Assembly: GCA_965277445.1 (NCBI GenBank)
Contig: CBDICY010000016.1
Location: 441,604 to 505,603 of the forward strand
Source of the DNA: Saprospiraceae bacterium
GTDB lineage: Bacteria > Bacteroidota > Bacteroidia > Chitinophagales > Saprospiraceae
Length of the DNA: 64,000 nucleotides
Direction of reading: 5' to 3'
A program made the translations under genes and the position numbers. Below are positions 38,266-48,077 of the stretch, one piece after another. Below the pieces are notes generated by a model. It ran no database searches and was not told where the DNA came from. It saw nothing but the letters and a program-made list of their open reading frames with translations. Position 1 is the stretch's first letter. Each line of letters begins with the position of its first letter.

Positions 38266-39237
38266 TTATTCTTTCACAAAAAGAAACTGTACCGATTTAG
38301 GCGAAAACCGAATATTTTTAACTTCGGATGGTTGCTTAGTGAGAGAGATAGGAGCGGTATTATTGACTTGGTTAATAGGAATACCCTTTAAATCGACTTC
38401 TAGTTGAAAATCTTTTTCGGAAATAGTATCATAGCGACTTAGTCCAACCACAAAACTTGTCTTGACTTTGTTGGGAAAAACTTTCAAACTATCAGGTGCA
38501 TTTTTGACGGTAACGGGTAAAAAGATGGATTTTTCTGTAAATTGTTCTACTGGGATTTTTACTTGCACCATAGAAGTAGACAACGCAATCTGAGATTTGG
38601 TATTTGGTTGCAAAGTCAACGGACGACTCACCGAATTTTTTAAATTTTCTAAGACTAATAGGGTAGTGGACCAAGAATCATAGTCTACTAAAAGCTCACT
38701 TGGACCGCTAATGATAATGCTATCTGGTAGGATTTCAATGGGCGATTTTAATTGATGTTCTGGCGCAAAACTTAATTGTTGATCTAAAACAACAGGTATT
38801 TTTTTACTAGCGCTTTCCCCCAATTCAACGGTAATATAATCGAAACTCATATCTGCTACGGTTACGTTAGAAGATTGCGCATTTTCGACCATTTTCCCTT
38901 TTAATTGATTATTGGTAATCGTCTGACTGGGTAAACTAGCGAGGTCAAAATTGATTTGACTGTTTCTGCCGCCAAAAAAATCGTACATCAAATCCCAGCC
39001 TCTTCCAGAAAGGGTCACCCGTACTTTTTTAGGTGGGATGGTGACATAAGACATATTTGCGGGCAAGGAATAAGTGATGGTAACTTCTCGATTGGCTCTA
39101 TGGTTTTGCGATAATTTAATCAAAAACCAAAACAATAAAGAAATCCCCATACTGATAAGGAGAATTCCATTATCCGTTTTCAAAAAAGCTTGAATATCAG
39201 CCCTGTCTATATTTATTTTAGGTAATTTAAATTTCAT
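38266..39237 (-). CDS. YbbR-like domain protein
   Basis: N-terminal TM segment followed by repeated beta-rich modules. Family recalled from memory. Confidence 0.45.
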   Translation of the reverse strand: MKFKLPKINIDRADIQAFLKTDNGILLISMGISLLFWFLIKLSQNHRANREVTITYSLPANMSYVTIPPKKVRVTLSGRGWDLMYDFFGGRNSQINFDLASLPSQTITNNQLKGKMVENAQSSNVTVADMSFDYITVELGESASKKIPVVLDQQLSFAPEHQLKSPIEILPDSIIISGPSELLVDYDSWSTTLLVLENLKNSVSRPLTLQPNTKSQIALSTSMVQVKIPVEQFTEKSIFLPVTVKNAPDSLKVFPNKVKTSFVVGLSRYDTISEKDFQLEVDLKGIPINQVNNTAPISLTKQPSEVKNIRFSPKSVQFLFVKE

Positions 39238-39453
39238 TGATTCAATTCATCGTTCACTATTTATATTAAGAAGGGTACGAAATTTATGAAAATTGATGAA
39301 ATTTTTCGTTTTCTGCAGATTTGGTAGGGGCAATTCCTTTGTGGTTGCCCAATCTAGTGCAATATCTCGCAAAAAGGGCAAGCACAAGGTATTGCCCCTA
39401 CAAAAAAACGTCAATATTGAAAACTTCGTACAACCTTTATTTATATTTCATCA

Positions 39454-40581
39454 TTATTGGGTAACAAACAAATCCATAGCAATCTTATCGGCTAAGAGTT
39501 TCCCTGTATCTGTTAAGGTAAAAATATTGCTTTTTTGTTGAATATAGCCTGCGGTTATATAATCTAGACTAATTTTTTGAAAATGTTTTTCAAAATCACT
39601 TCCCCAAGTAGCAATCTTTTGGAGACTGCAACCCCATTTAGTACGCAGGGCAGTTAAAATATATTCATTATACTGCTGTTCTTTGCTTAATATTTCTTTT
39701 TCAAAAGCAGGCTGATTGTTGGTAATGGCTTGCATGTACTTGGCATTATTCGCAACATTCCATTGGCGACTAATCCCATTAAAAGAATGCGCTGCTGGGC
39801 CAATGCCTAGATAAGTTGCCCCTAACCAATAATTAGAGTTATGTCGAGCATGCCAATCGGGTTTTGCAAAATTCGATATTTCATAATGTTCATATCCCGC
39901 TGTCCTTAACGTAGTCATTAATATTTCAAACTGTTGAGCCGCTTTTTCTTCATCAACGGGTGCCGCTTTTCCTTTTTTAACAAAATAATCCAAAGCTGTA
40001 TTGGGTTCAACGGTCAAGCAATAGCAGGAAATATGTGGAATGTCAAAATTGAGTACCGTTTGAATATTTTGTTGCCAATGTTCGTGACTAGTGGTTGGTG
40101 ATCCATAAATCAGGTCAATTGTGAGGTTATTAAAACCAATGGACTGAGCATTTTGAATACAAGTTTTGGCTTCTTCTGCATTATGCGCTCGATTCATAAA
40201 TTGTAAATCGGCTTCAAAAAAAGATTGTACACCAATGCTTAGTCGATTAATCGGCGTATTTTTTAATTCGATTAATTTCTCTTTAGATAAATCATCGGGA
40301 TTGGCTTCTAAAGTAATTTCTGCCTTTTCATCAACCTTGTATAGCTGACTGATTTTATCAAAAATAAGCCCTAAATCTGTTTGCGTTAATAAAGAAGGCG
40401 TACCTCCACCAAAGTAGATGGTATATAGTATTTCTCCTCCGATGTACGCTTTTCGCAAGACTAATTCTTGTAAAATAGCTTGTACCATCACCTCTTTCTG
40501 CTTCAAAGAAGTAGAAAAATGAAAATTGCAATAATGACAAGCTTGTTTGCAAAAGGGAATATGTATATAAAGTCCAGCCAA
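39454..40581 (-). CDS. hemW: Radical SAM heme chaperone HemW
   Basis: MAGLYIHIPFCKQACHYCNF (CxxxCxxC), 375 aa. Confidence 0.9.
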   Translation of the reverse strand: MAGLYIHIPFCKQACHYCNFHFSTSLKQKEVMVQAILQELVLRKAYIGGEILYTIYFGGGTPSLLTQTDLGLIFDKISQLYKVDEKAEITLEANPDDLSKEKLIELKNTPINRLSIGVQSFFEADLQFMNRAHNAEEAKTCIQNAQSIGFNNLTIDLIYGSPTTSHEHWQQNIQTVLNFDIPHISCYCLTVEPNTALDYFVKKGKAAPVDEEKAAQQFEILMTTLRTAGYEHYEISNFAKPDWHARHNSNYWLGATYLGIGPAAHSFNGISRQWNVANNAKYMQAITNNQPAFEKEILSKEQQYNEYILTALRTKWGCSLQKIATWGSDFEKHFQKISLDYITAGYIQQKSNIFTLTDTGKLLADKIAMDLFVTQ

Positions 40582-40590
40582 ATTTTTAGG

Positions 40591-40640
40591 TGTTTGAAAT
40601 TGAAATTGAAATTGAAATTGATGTTGATGTTGATGTTGCT
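40591..40640. repeat. Hexanucleotide microsatellite (GAAATT)4(GATGTT)3
   Basis: ttgaaattgaaattgaaattgaaattgatgttgatgttgatgttg, lying 10-60 bp upstream of the hemW start codon and abutting the stop of the EEP gene. Confidence 0.9.
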
Positions 40641-40644
40641 AAAC

Positions 40645-41526
40645 TCATTTCACCGAAACCTCCACAAAAACAGGTAAATGATCAGAAGGATATCGACAAT
40701 CTTTTGAATCACTCAAAGTCGCATATTTTAAAATATTCACTTGATTCGTATCTGCAAAGATATAATCAATTCGACGAGTTAAGGGTTGTTGAAATTTAAA
40801 ACCATTAAAAGTACCTTCATTACCAAAAGCAGGAAATTGACTCACCATTTTGGTATCTGCTAACCCATCAGTTAAAATCGTATAAACAGGATCAGTTGGT
40901 TCGACATTAAAATCGCCCATTAAAATAACGGGTAAATTCGCCGTATTGAGTTGTTTGATTTTTTTCAAAATTAAAGAAGACGCATTTCTCCTAGCCACTT
41001 TTCCTCTATGATCAAAATGGGTATTAAAAACCCAATATTTTTGCTGACTTTGTTGAGCTTCCAATAACAAATAAGTACAGGTTCGATTACAAACTGCATC
41101 CCAACCCATTCCAACGGTATCGGGTGTTTCGGATAACCAAAAAGTACCTTCTTTTAGTAATTTGAATTTATTGGTATTATAAAAAATGGCGGTATATTCT
41201 CCTTTGGTTTGTCCATCATCTCGACCAATGCCTTTATAGTCATACCCAACTAATCCTGCTTGCAAATAATCTAATTGATGTTTCAAGCCTTCTTGCGTCC
41301 CCATAATATCTGGCTGATAAAACTGGACTTGGTTGCGTAAAAAAGCTTTTCGATGTGTCCAAGCATCTAAAGAATCTCTATCCGTATCATAGCGGATATT
41401 ATAACTCATTAAGGTGATAGACTGCGCTAAAATCAGGATTGGTAGGCTAAGTAATAATAAGGAAGCGATAGTTTTTTTCATTAGTTGTGGTCTTATAATC
41501 TTATAAAAAGATAAGTTTTTTGACAA
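40645..41526 (-). CDS. Endonuclease/exonuclease/phosphatase (EEP) family protein, secreted
   Basis: Signal peptide and a C-terminal SDHLPVFVEV catalytic His block. Confidence 0.85.
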   Translation of the reverse strand: MSKNLSFYKIIRPQLMKKTIASLLLLSLPILILAQSITLMSYNIRYDTDRDSLDAWTHRKAFLRNQVQFYQPDIMGTQEGLKHQLDYLQAGLVGYDYKGIGRDDGQTKGEYTAIFYNTNKFKLLKEGTFWLSETPDTVGMGWDAVCNRTCTYLLLEAQQSQQKYWVFNTHFDHRGKVARRNASSLILKKIKQLNTANLPVILMGDFNVEPTDPVYTILTDGLADTKMVSQFPAFGNEGTFNGFKFQQPLTRRIDYIFADTNQVNILKYATLSDSKDCRYPSDHLPVFVEVSVK

Positions 41527-41544
41527 TTTTTGCTAAATCAAGTG

Positions 41545-41660
41545 GATGGTTGACCTTCAGTCAACCGAAAATGTTGACTTTTAAAAAGGTAACAGGTTGA
41601 CTGAAGGTCAACCATCCAATAAAATGTAAAAATTGTCAAAGCACCAAAAGATATTGTTAC
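41545..41660. repeat. ~115-bp nested palindrome with TTGAC boxes
   Basis: tggatggttgaccttcagtcaacc ... ggttgactgaaggtcaaccatcca (24/24), flanked by gacaatttttgc/gtaaaaattgtc. Confidence 0.8.
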
Positions 41661-41852
41661 TTAAACTTGCTTCAAAAGTCTAACTTTATGAAGCATTAAT
41701 CTAATTAATGTTGCTTTTTTTTAAAAAGACCTTATCTTTCGAGTAAAAACTAAAATACGTATTTATACGTTTTAAGAAAGCATTATTTCACTAAATAGGA
41801 TTGTCCGTAGTGATTACATCTTGTAAATCCTGTATAATTCTGTCATCCTGTA

Positions 41853-42251
41853 ATGAATATGAAATTGAAGAAAATAATAGAAAAATATAAGAATCGCTTT
41901 TCAGAGGTAAAACTTTGGAGTAAACTAAAAAACTACGCTCAACAAGCAGGTTTGAAAACGGTTTATTCTGCTTTATTGCTATTTTATGCCTATAAAAGAA
42001 GTGATACGCCCGCTTGGGCAAAAAGGGTCATTTTCGGTGTATTGGGTTATTTTATTGCACCTATTGATATTATTCCCGACTTAACCCCGCTTATTGGTTA
42101 TACCGACGATATTGGTATTTTAGGTTTAGGTTTAGCGACCATTGCCTTTTATATTAACGATGAAGTAAAAACGAATGCTCGGGCGCAACTGGATAAATGG
42201 TTTGGAGATTATGATGAGGATGAGTTGAGAGAGGTGGATGATCAACTTTAA
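41853..42251 (+). CDS. DUF1232 (YkvA) family membrane protein
   Basis: IAPIDIIPDLTPLIGYTDD is the defining motif. Confidence 0.8.
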   Translation: MNMKLKKIIEKYKNRFSEVKLWSKLKNYAQQAGLKTVYSALLLFYAYKRSDTPAWAKRVIFGVLGYFIAPIDIIPDLTPLIGYTDDIGILGLGLATIAFYINDEVKTNARAQLDKWFGDYDEDELREVDDQL

Positions 42252-42391
42252 TACACTTAAAAAGGTCAGACTCTCAATATAGAATCTGACCTTTTCATTA
42301 TCAGTTTAAATAGTAATGGAAATCTAAAATAGGAAAATCCGTGGGGGAATAAATCCGTGGGGAATCTAAAATAAGCAACTCTTATCTGTTA

Positions 42392-43183
42392 CTAAGTAAT
42401 CATATGCCCCCCATCCGCATCAAAAATTCCACCAGTACAATAGCTACTAGCATCAGATGCTAAAAACAAAGCCAATCCTGCCATTTCATCAGGTTGCGCC
42501 ATTCGACGTAAGGGTAAATGATTTTCGACAGTTTTTAAAACCTTTTCATTCTGCCAAAGGGCTGCACTAAACTTGGTTTGAATTAAACCAGGGCAAATCG
42601 CATTGACTCGAATGCCATCTTGCCCCCATTCTTTTGCTTGACTTTGAGTCAGCATAATCAAAGCAGCTTTACTGACACTATATAAACCCAATCCTGCACT
42701 TGGTTTGTGACCTTCTACCGAACTAATGTGGATGATCGCTCCACCGCCTTGTTTTTTCATAATTGGATAGACCATATTAGAAAAAGCAAAAGGTGATTTT
42801 ACATTAATCCCCATTATTTTATCAAAAATAGTACCTTCGACTTGTGCAATGGGGGCGAAAACAGGGTTAGTAGCTGCATTATTGACGATGATGTCAATTC
42901 GCCCATACACTTCCATCGTTTTATCTACCAAATTTTGCAATTGCGCTTCATCTCCTACATGACAAGCAATGCCCGTTGCTTCCAATCCATCCGCTTTAAA
43001 TCCTTCGGCTACGGCGTCAACGGCGGCTTGTTTTCTACTACTAACGACTACTTTTGCTCCTGCTTCTGCCATTCCTCTAGCGATAGATTCGCCGATGCCT
43101 TTACTTGCACCCGTAACAATGGCTACTTTGCCTTCGAGACTAAAGCGTTTAGTAATTCTTGTATTTTGTGTATTGGTATTCAT
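42392..43183 (-). CDS. SDR family oxidoreductase
   Basis: TGASKGIGES, NNAA, YSVSKAA. Confidence 0.9.
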   Translation of the reverse strand: MNTNTQNTRITKRFSLEGKVAIVTGASKGIGESIARGMAEAGAKVVVSSRKQAAVDAVAEGFKADGLEATGIACHVGDEAQLQNLVDKTMEVYGRIDIIVNNAATNPVFAPIAQVEGTIFDKIMGINVKSPFAFSNMVYPIMKKQGGGAIIHISSVEGHKPSAGLGLYSVSKAALIMLTQSQAKEWGQDGIRVNAICPGLIQTKFSAALWQNEKVLKTVENHLPLRRMAQPDEMAGLALFLASDASSYCTGGIFDADGGHMIT

Positions 43184-43349
43184 GAAAATCTATTTTTTAC
43201 TGATAATTACACGCTAAACGAGATAAAAAAGTGATTTTTAAAATGATTGTTTGATGCCGATAGCTATCGGCAGATTGTTTGATTGTCAATGTGATACAAG
43301 CCATCTAGCAATCAAACCATCTAACAATTTTACACCGTGTGAAGTATAC

Positions 43350-44417
43350 TTACGCTTGATCTTTAAACTTTACCCGATTAAAAGACATCGCCTTAATGAG
43401 CCAATTGGGTAAAGGTTTACGAGGATCTCGTTTTTTCATATTAATCGACCAACCAATTTTTTTGACTAGCGGAATTTTAAGCGCTTCTACAAATTCGATT
43501 AAAGTACCATCTGGATCTTCTAAATACCCCCATTTGCCATTAGCATCCCCCATGTCAAATTCTTCTGCTACTAATACAGAAAATGGAAAACCTGCTGCTT
43601 TGCAATCCCTTACGACCGCATCCATATTTCGGACATCAAAGCATAAATGGATAAAACCAATATCTCCCCAATATCTATCTGCAAATATTTTTTTAGGCGT
43701 TCGAGAAGTTACTTGCACTAATTCCAATTGGCTAGAGCCAAATAACTTAGAAAAGCCTCCTCTTTTTTCCTGTTTTTGTAGGACGATTCTTCGGAAAGTC
43801 TCGTCGCCACCAGCTAATGGAGCATAGTCTTCAAATGGGCCAGTTTTATCATATACAACCGCGTTATAACCTAAAACCTTGACGTATAATTGTTTAGCCG
43901 CTTCTATATCTGTTACCCCAATGGTACAACCGCATACACCGCCCATATTTTTCCCTGTGCCATACCAGTTATTATATTCTTGGACTTGCACAATATTTCC
44001 ACAAGGGTCTTTGACATAAAAAGATTTGGTGCCATTAGGGGAGACGACCATCTCAGACATGGGTACAACCCCTTTTGTTTTAATATCAGCTAATGCCTTA
44101 TAAGCGTTTCTAGTTTTTACTTTGATCGAAAAAATACCCGTATCTCCTAATAGGATAGGGTCTTTAGGTGGTTGTGGCACTCTATCTTCAAATTGCCAAA
44201 TTTCATAACCACTTCCTCCTTGCATATTCATGGCTAAGATGGCTCTTTTATCATGCGCTTCTCCACCCATATAAGGCGCCATATGCGTGGCGGTATTATT
44301 ATCATCAAAAACTTTGACATCTGCACCTAACTTGGTCGCATACCATTCAAAAACTTTTGCTGCATCATCAACACCAACACCTATTTGTTGGATACCATAA
44401 ATAAATTTCTCAGTCAT
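43350..44417 (-). CDS. Two-domain VOC (glyoxalase/dioxygenase) family protein
   Basis: Tandem betaalphabetabetabeta modules, 355 aa. Confidence 0.65.
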   Translation of the reverse strand: MTEKFIYGIQQIGVGVDDAAKVFEWYATKLGADVKVFDDNNTATHMAPYMGGEAHDKRAILAMNMQGGSGYEIWQFEDRVPQPPKDPILLGDTGIFSIKVKTRNAYKALADIKTKGVVPMSEMVVSPNGTKSFYVKDPCGNIVQVQEYNNWYGTGKNMGGVCGCTIGVTDIEAAKQLYVKVLGYNAVVYDKTGPFEDYAPLAGGDETFRRIVLQKQEKRGGFSKLFGSSQLELVQVTSRTPKKIFADRYWGDIGFIHLCFDVRNMDAVVRDCKAAGFPFSVLVAEEFDMGDANGKWGYLEDPDGTLIEFVEALKIPLVKKIGWSINMKKRDPRKPLPNWLIKAMSFNRVKFKDQA

Positions 44418-44631
44418 GCTTTATTGCTTATTTCAGTATGAAAATTTTAGTGGGGCAAGATACAAGGTATTTTATGGTTTATTAACCAAAAAGGATTTTA
44501 ATTGTTTTGTTTTTTTTAATTCTTATTTATTCTTAGTGTAGAAGCAGTATTTTTGTAGGATTCAAACAGGGAAAAGATTGCGTAATTGATGTATTAACCT
44601 TTATTTCCGTTTCCCGTTGAATATCTAAATA

Positions 44632-46248
44632 TTGATAAAAAACAATTGCCTAATGACTAAAATAAGCCAATTAATTTTACTGTGCCTTTTATGGACATCT
44701 AGTATAAATGCCCAAAAAGCGACTGATTTCCAACTATCTGCACCAAATGATCCCGTTCCATTTGCAGAAACTATTACCCAAGCAGACATGCGAACGATTT
44801 TGACCGTCTTATCAGCCGATGATATGGAAGGCAGAGAAACAGGTACGCCCGGCAACGACAAAGCTGCGGAATATATCGCTAGTCAATTAGCCAGTAAAGG
44901 CATTCCAAAAGTAGATAAGTTAGGCGGATACTTTCAAAATATCGCATTTACAGCGGAATTATGGGAAGACATCAATTTAAAAGTAGGCGGAAAACCCTTT
45001 CGGCATTTATGGGATTATTATGCTTTTGCAAATTTGAACAGTAATCGTGCTGCCCAAAATATTAAAGAGGTGGTATTTCTAGGATATGGCATTGATGATG
45101 CGAATTATAGTGATTATAAAGGGAAAAATGTCAAAGGCAAAACCATTTTGATTTATGATGGCGAACCGCAAAAAAATGGTGTTTCTTATATTACTAAATC
45201 TAAAGAAGTATCTGATTGGACAACGGATCGCAAAAAGAAATTAGCGACTGCTTATAAAAATGGCGTTTCGACGGTATTAATTGTAGATGGAAATTTAAAA
45301 CAAAATTTAGGGGAATTAAGAGGGCAATTATTAGATGGTCGGATGAAAATGGGCGCAGGGGAAAAGACGAGTGAATTATATGCTAATAGTATCTACATTT
45401 CCTCTGAGGTAGCTAAAGAAATTATTGGCAAAAAGTCTAAGAAATTTATCAAAGCCAGAAAGAAAATTGAGAAAAAAGGAAAGGCTCGTTCCCTAACGTT
45501 GCCAACATCTATTGCTTTAACCCAATCTAAAAAAGTAAATCAATTATTGGGTAGAAATATCATCGGATTCATCGAAGGAACTGATCCTGAGTTGAAAAAA
45601 GAAATCGTAGTAGTATCGGCACATTATGACCACATTGGTAGAAGAGGCAATGCGATTTATAATGGAGCCGATGATAATGGTTCTGGTTCGACGACGGTTT
45701 TAGAAATTGCCGAAGCATTTACCAAAGCAAAAGCAGCGGGTGTCGGACCCCGTAGAAGTGTGATGACTATATGGGTAACGGGCGAAGAAAAAGGCTTGTT
45801 GGGGTCTGAGTATTATTCAGAATTTCCTGTTTTTCCTTTGGAGAATACCATAGTGGATGTGAATGTAGATATGATTGGCAGAGTACATGAAAAATATACG
45901 GACAACCCAAATTATATTTATGTGATTGGAGCAGATCGGTTGAGTACCGAATTGCATAAAATCAATGAAGCGGCAAATGATAAATATAGCAATCTAGTTT
46001 TAGATTATACCTATAATGAAGAGAGCGATCCGAATCGTTTCTATTATCGGTCGGATCATTATAATTTTGCTAAAAAAGGGATTCCTGCCATCTTTTATTT
46101 TAATGGCACGCATGCGGATTATCACCGGACTTCGGATACGATAGAAAAGATCAACTTTGAAAAAATGGAAAAAATTGGTCGCTTAATTTTTCATACCGCT
46201 TGGGAGTTAGCAAATCGAGATAAGCGAATTGAGGTAGATGTGAAGTAG
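44632..46248 (+). CDS. M28 family aminopeptidase with PA domain
   Basis: Signal peptide, HYDHIGRRG and DDNGSGSTTVLE zinc-binding blocks. Confidence 0.9.
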   Translation: MIKNNCLMTKISQLILLCLLWTSSINAQKATDFQLSAPNDPVPFAETITQADMRTILTVLSADDMEGRETGTPGNDKAAEYIASQLASKGIPKVDKLGGYFQNIAFTAELWEDINLKVGGKPFRHLWDYYAFANLNSNRAAQNIKEVVFLGYGIDDANYSDYKGKNVKGKTILIYDGEPQKNGVSYITKSKEVSDWTTDRKKKLATAYKNGVSTVLIVDGNLKQNLGELRGQLLDGRMKMGAGEKTSELYANSIYISSEVAKEIIGKKSKKFIKARKKIEKKGKARSLTLPTSIALTQSKKVNQLLGRNIIGFIEGTDPELKKEIVVVSAHYDHIGRRGNAIYNGADDNGSGSTTVLEIAEAFTKAKAAGVGPRRSVMTIWVTGEEKGLLGSEYYSEFPVFPLENTIVDVNVDMIGRVHEKYTDNPNYIYVIGADRLSTELHKINEAANDKYSNLVLDYTYNEESDPNRFYYRSDHYNFAKKGIPAIFYFNGTHADYHRTSDTIEKINFEKMEKIGRLIFHTAWELANRDKRIEVDVK

Positions 46249-46339
46249 TGCAGAGATGCTTGTCTGTAAAAAAGAAGGAACAAGTAAATGAGAAATGGGT
46301 TAACTTGAATTTCACAACTGGTCAAAACGAACCACACAC

Positions 46340-47614
46340 ATGCAAAGTAAAACCTACCGAGACTATGTCTTATTAGTCCTAACAGGCGTCTATACCTTCA
46401 ATTTTATCGATCGCCAAATCCTAGTCATTTTACAGGAATCAATCAAGGCAGATTTGGGTTTATCAGATACGCAATTGGGCTTATTGACAGGTTTTGCTTT
46501 TGCGCTATTTTATGTAACCTTGGGCATTCCAATTGCCAGATTTGCAGATAGAAGTAATCGAAAAAACATCATCGCGGTGTCCTTAACGGTATGGAGTGCG
46601 ATGACGGCACTTTCTGGTTTTGTGCAAAATTTTTGGCAATTATTATTAGCCAGAATCGGGGTAGGTGTTGGAGAAGCAGGCGGCAGCCCGCCAGCCCATT
46701 CCATTATTTCGGATTATTTTCCCGCAGAAAAACGAGCCACAGCACTCTCCATTTATTCGATGGGAATTTACATCGGTATTCTATTTGGCTATTTAGCAGG
46801 CGGTTGGATCAATCAATATTTTGGTTGGCGGATGGCTTTTATGGCGATTGGTATTCCTGGAGTAATCTATGCTTTGGTGGTGTTTTTTACGGTAAAAGAA
46901 CCTGTTAGAGGACAAGCGGATAAAACACCTCAAAAGGTGAAAGACGTAGCGGGTTTAATAGCGGTCACCAAGCACTTATTATCCTATAAAACCTTTGTTT
47001 ATTTAGCCTTTGCTTGCGGATTAACGACTTTTGGTTCCTATGGAGTCGGTAACTTTACGCCTCCTTTTTTAGCTAGAGTACATGGTTTAGATAGTGCGAC
47101 TATTGGCACTTGGTTGTCCTTGACTTCTGGTATTGGCGGCGGATTAGGTACTTTTTTAGGCGGTTATATAGCGGATAAATTAGGGCGAAAAGATGTCCGT
47201 TGGTATTTATGGATTTCGATTATAGCAGGTGGGTTTAAGTTAATTCCTGCTACTATTTTTTTCTTTAGTGAGAATGCACAACTGGTACTCATTGCTACTT
47301 TCTTTTCCACCTTTGCAGTAGGAATTTTTTTAGGCCCATCTTTGGCAGTTATCCATAATTTGGTGACGGCTAAAATGCGGGCTTTTGCTTCGGCTATTCT
47401 ATTTTTTGTCCTCAATTTGATTGGACTGGGATTTGGCCCAATGGTTATTGGAATGCTTAGTGATTTTCTAGAACCTACTTATCAACAATATTCTTTAAGA
47501 TGGGCTTTTACAATTACTTACCTTACTGGAATTGGGGCGATGTTTTTGTATTATAAAGCTTCGCAGCATTATACAGCTGATTTGGCTGCTTCTCGGTTGC
47601 AGGTTGAATCTTAG
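46340..47614 (+). CDS. MFS transporter
   Basis: Twelve TM segments and the motif A-like GFVQNFWQLLLARIGVGVGEAG. Confidence 0.9.
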   Translation: MQSKTYRDYVLLVLTGVYTFNFIDRQILVILQESIKADLGLSDTQLGLLTGFAFALFYVTLGIPIARFADRSNRKNIIAVSLTVWSAMTALSGFVQNFWQLLLARIGVGVGEAGGSPPAHSIISDYFPAEKRATALSIYSMGIYIGILFGYLAGGWINQYFGWRMAFMAIGIPGVIYALVVFFTVKEPVRGQADKTPQKVKDVAGLIAVTKHLLSYKTFVYLAFACGLTTFGSYGVGNFTPPFLARVHGLDSATIGTWLSLTSGIGGGLGTFLGGYIADKLGRKDVRWYLWISIIAGGFKLIPATIFFFSENAQLVLIATFFSTFAVGIFLGPSLAVIHNLVTAKMRAFASAILFFVLNLIGLGFGPMVIGMLSDFLEPTYQQYSLRWAFTITYLTGIGAMFLYYKASQHYTADLAASRLQVES

Positions 47615-48039
47615 GCAATTTTGTATCCTAAATAGTTGAAGATATGGGGATTTCAATATATAGTACGACTCAGGAGGAGTCGTATTATAGATTCATCGTA
47701 CTGTAACAGAATGCTCTTGAGTGATGTATTTTTACCGACTAAACAAATTAAAAATAGGCACATCAATTGAAGCAGTAATCCCAAATTTCCAAGCACTCGA
47801 ATTCAATTCCGTTTCATTGATCGTAATTTTCCGAACTTGTGGACCATACTGCGCCCCGAATCCAATGGAAAAGGGTGATTTGGAGGTAAATACCACTAAT
47901 AAAAAACTGATTCTCGTCATAGATGTTTGTCTTTTAGGGTTTTCTATCGTAATATTTAAACAAGTATAAGAAAAATATTGGGGTTTATAACAAAATGCAC
48001 AGAAGATGTAGTATAAGTTGTTAAAACATACTAAAAAAC

Positions 48040-48066
48040 AGGGCTGTCCCATGACAGCCCTGCCCT
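48040..48066 (-). terminator. Hairpin terminator downstream of the T9SS cargo gene
   Basis: cagggctgtc ccatga cagccctg (10-bp stem). Confidence 0.6.
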
Positions 48067-48077
48067 AACTATCTTTT

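Noticed and set aside
47721-48052. Two overlapping ORFs between the MFS gene and the T9SS cargo gene
   Set aside because: They are mutually overlapping on opposite strands in a short spacer that also holds the terminator hairpin. There are no motifs.
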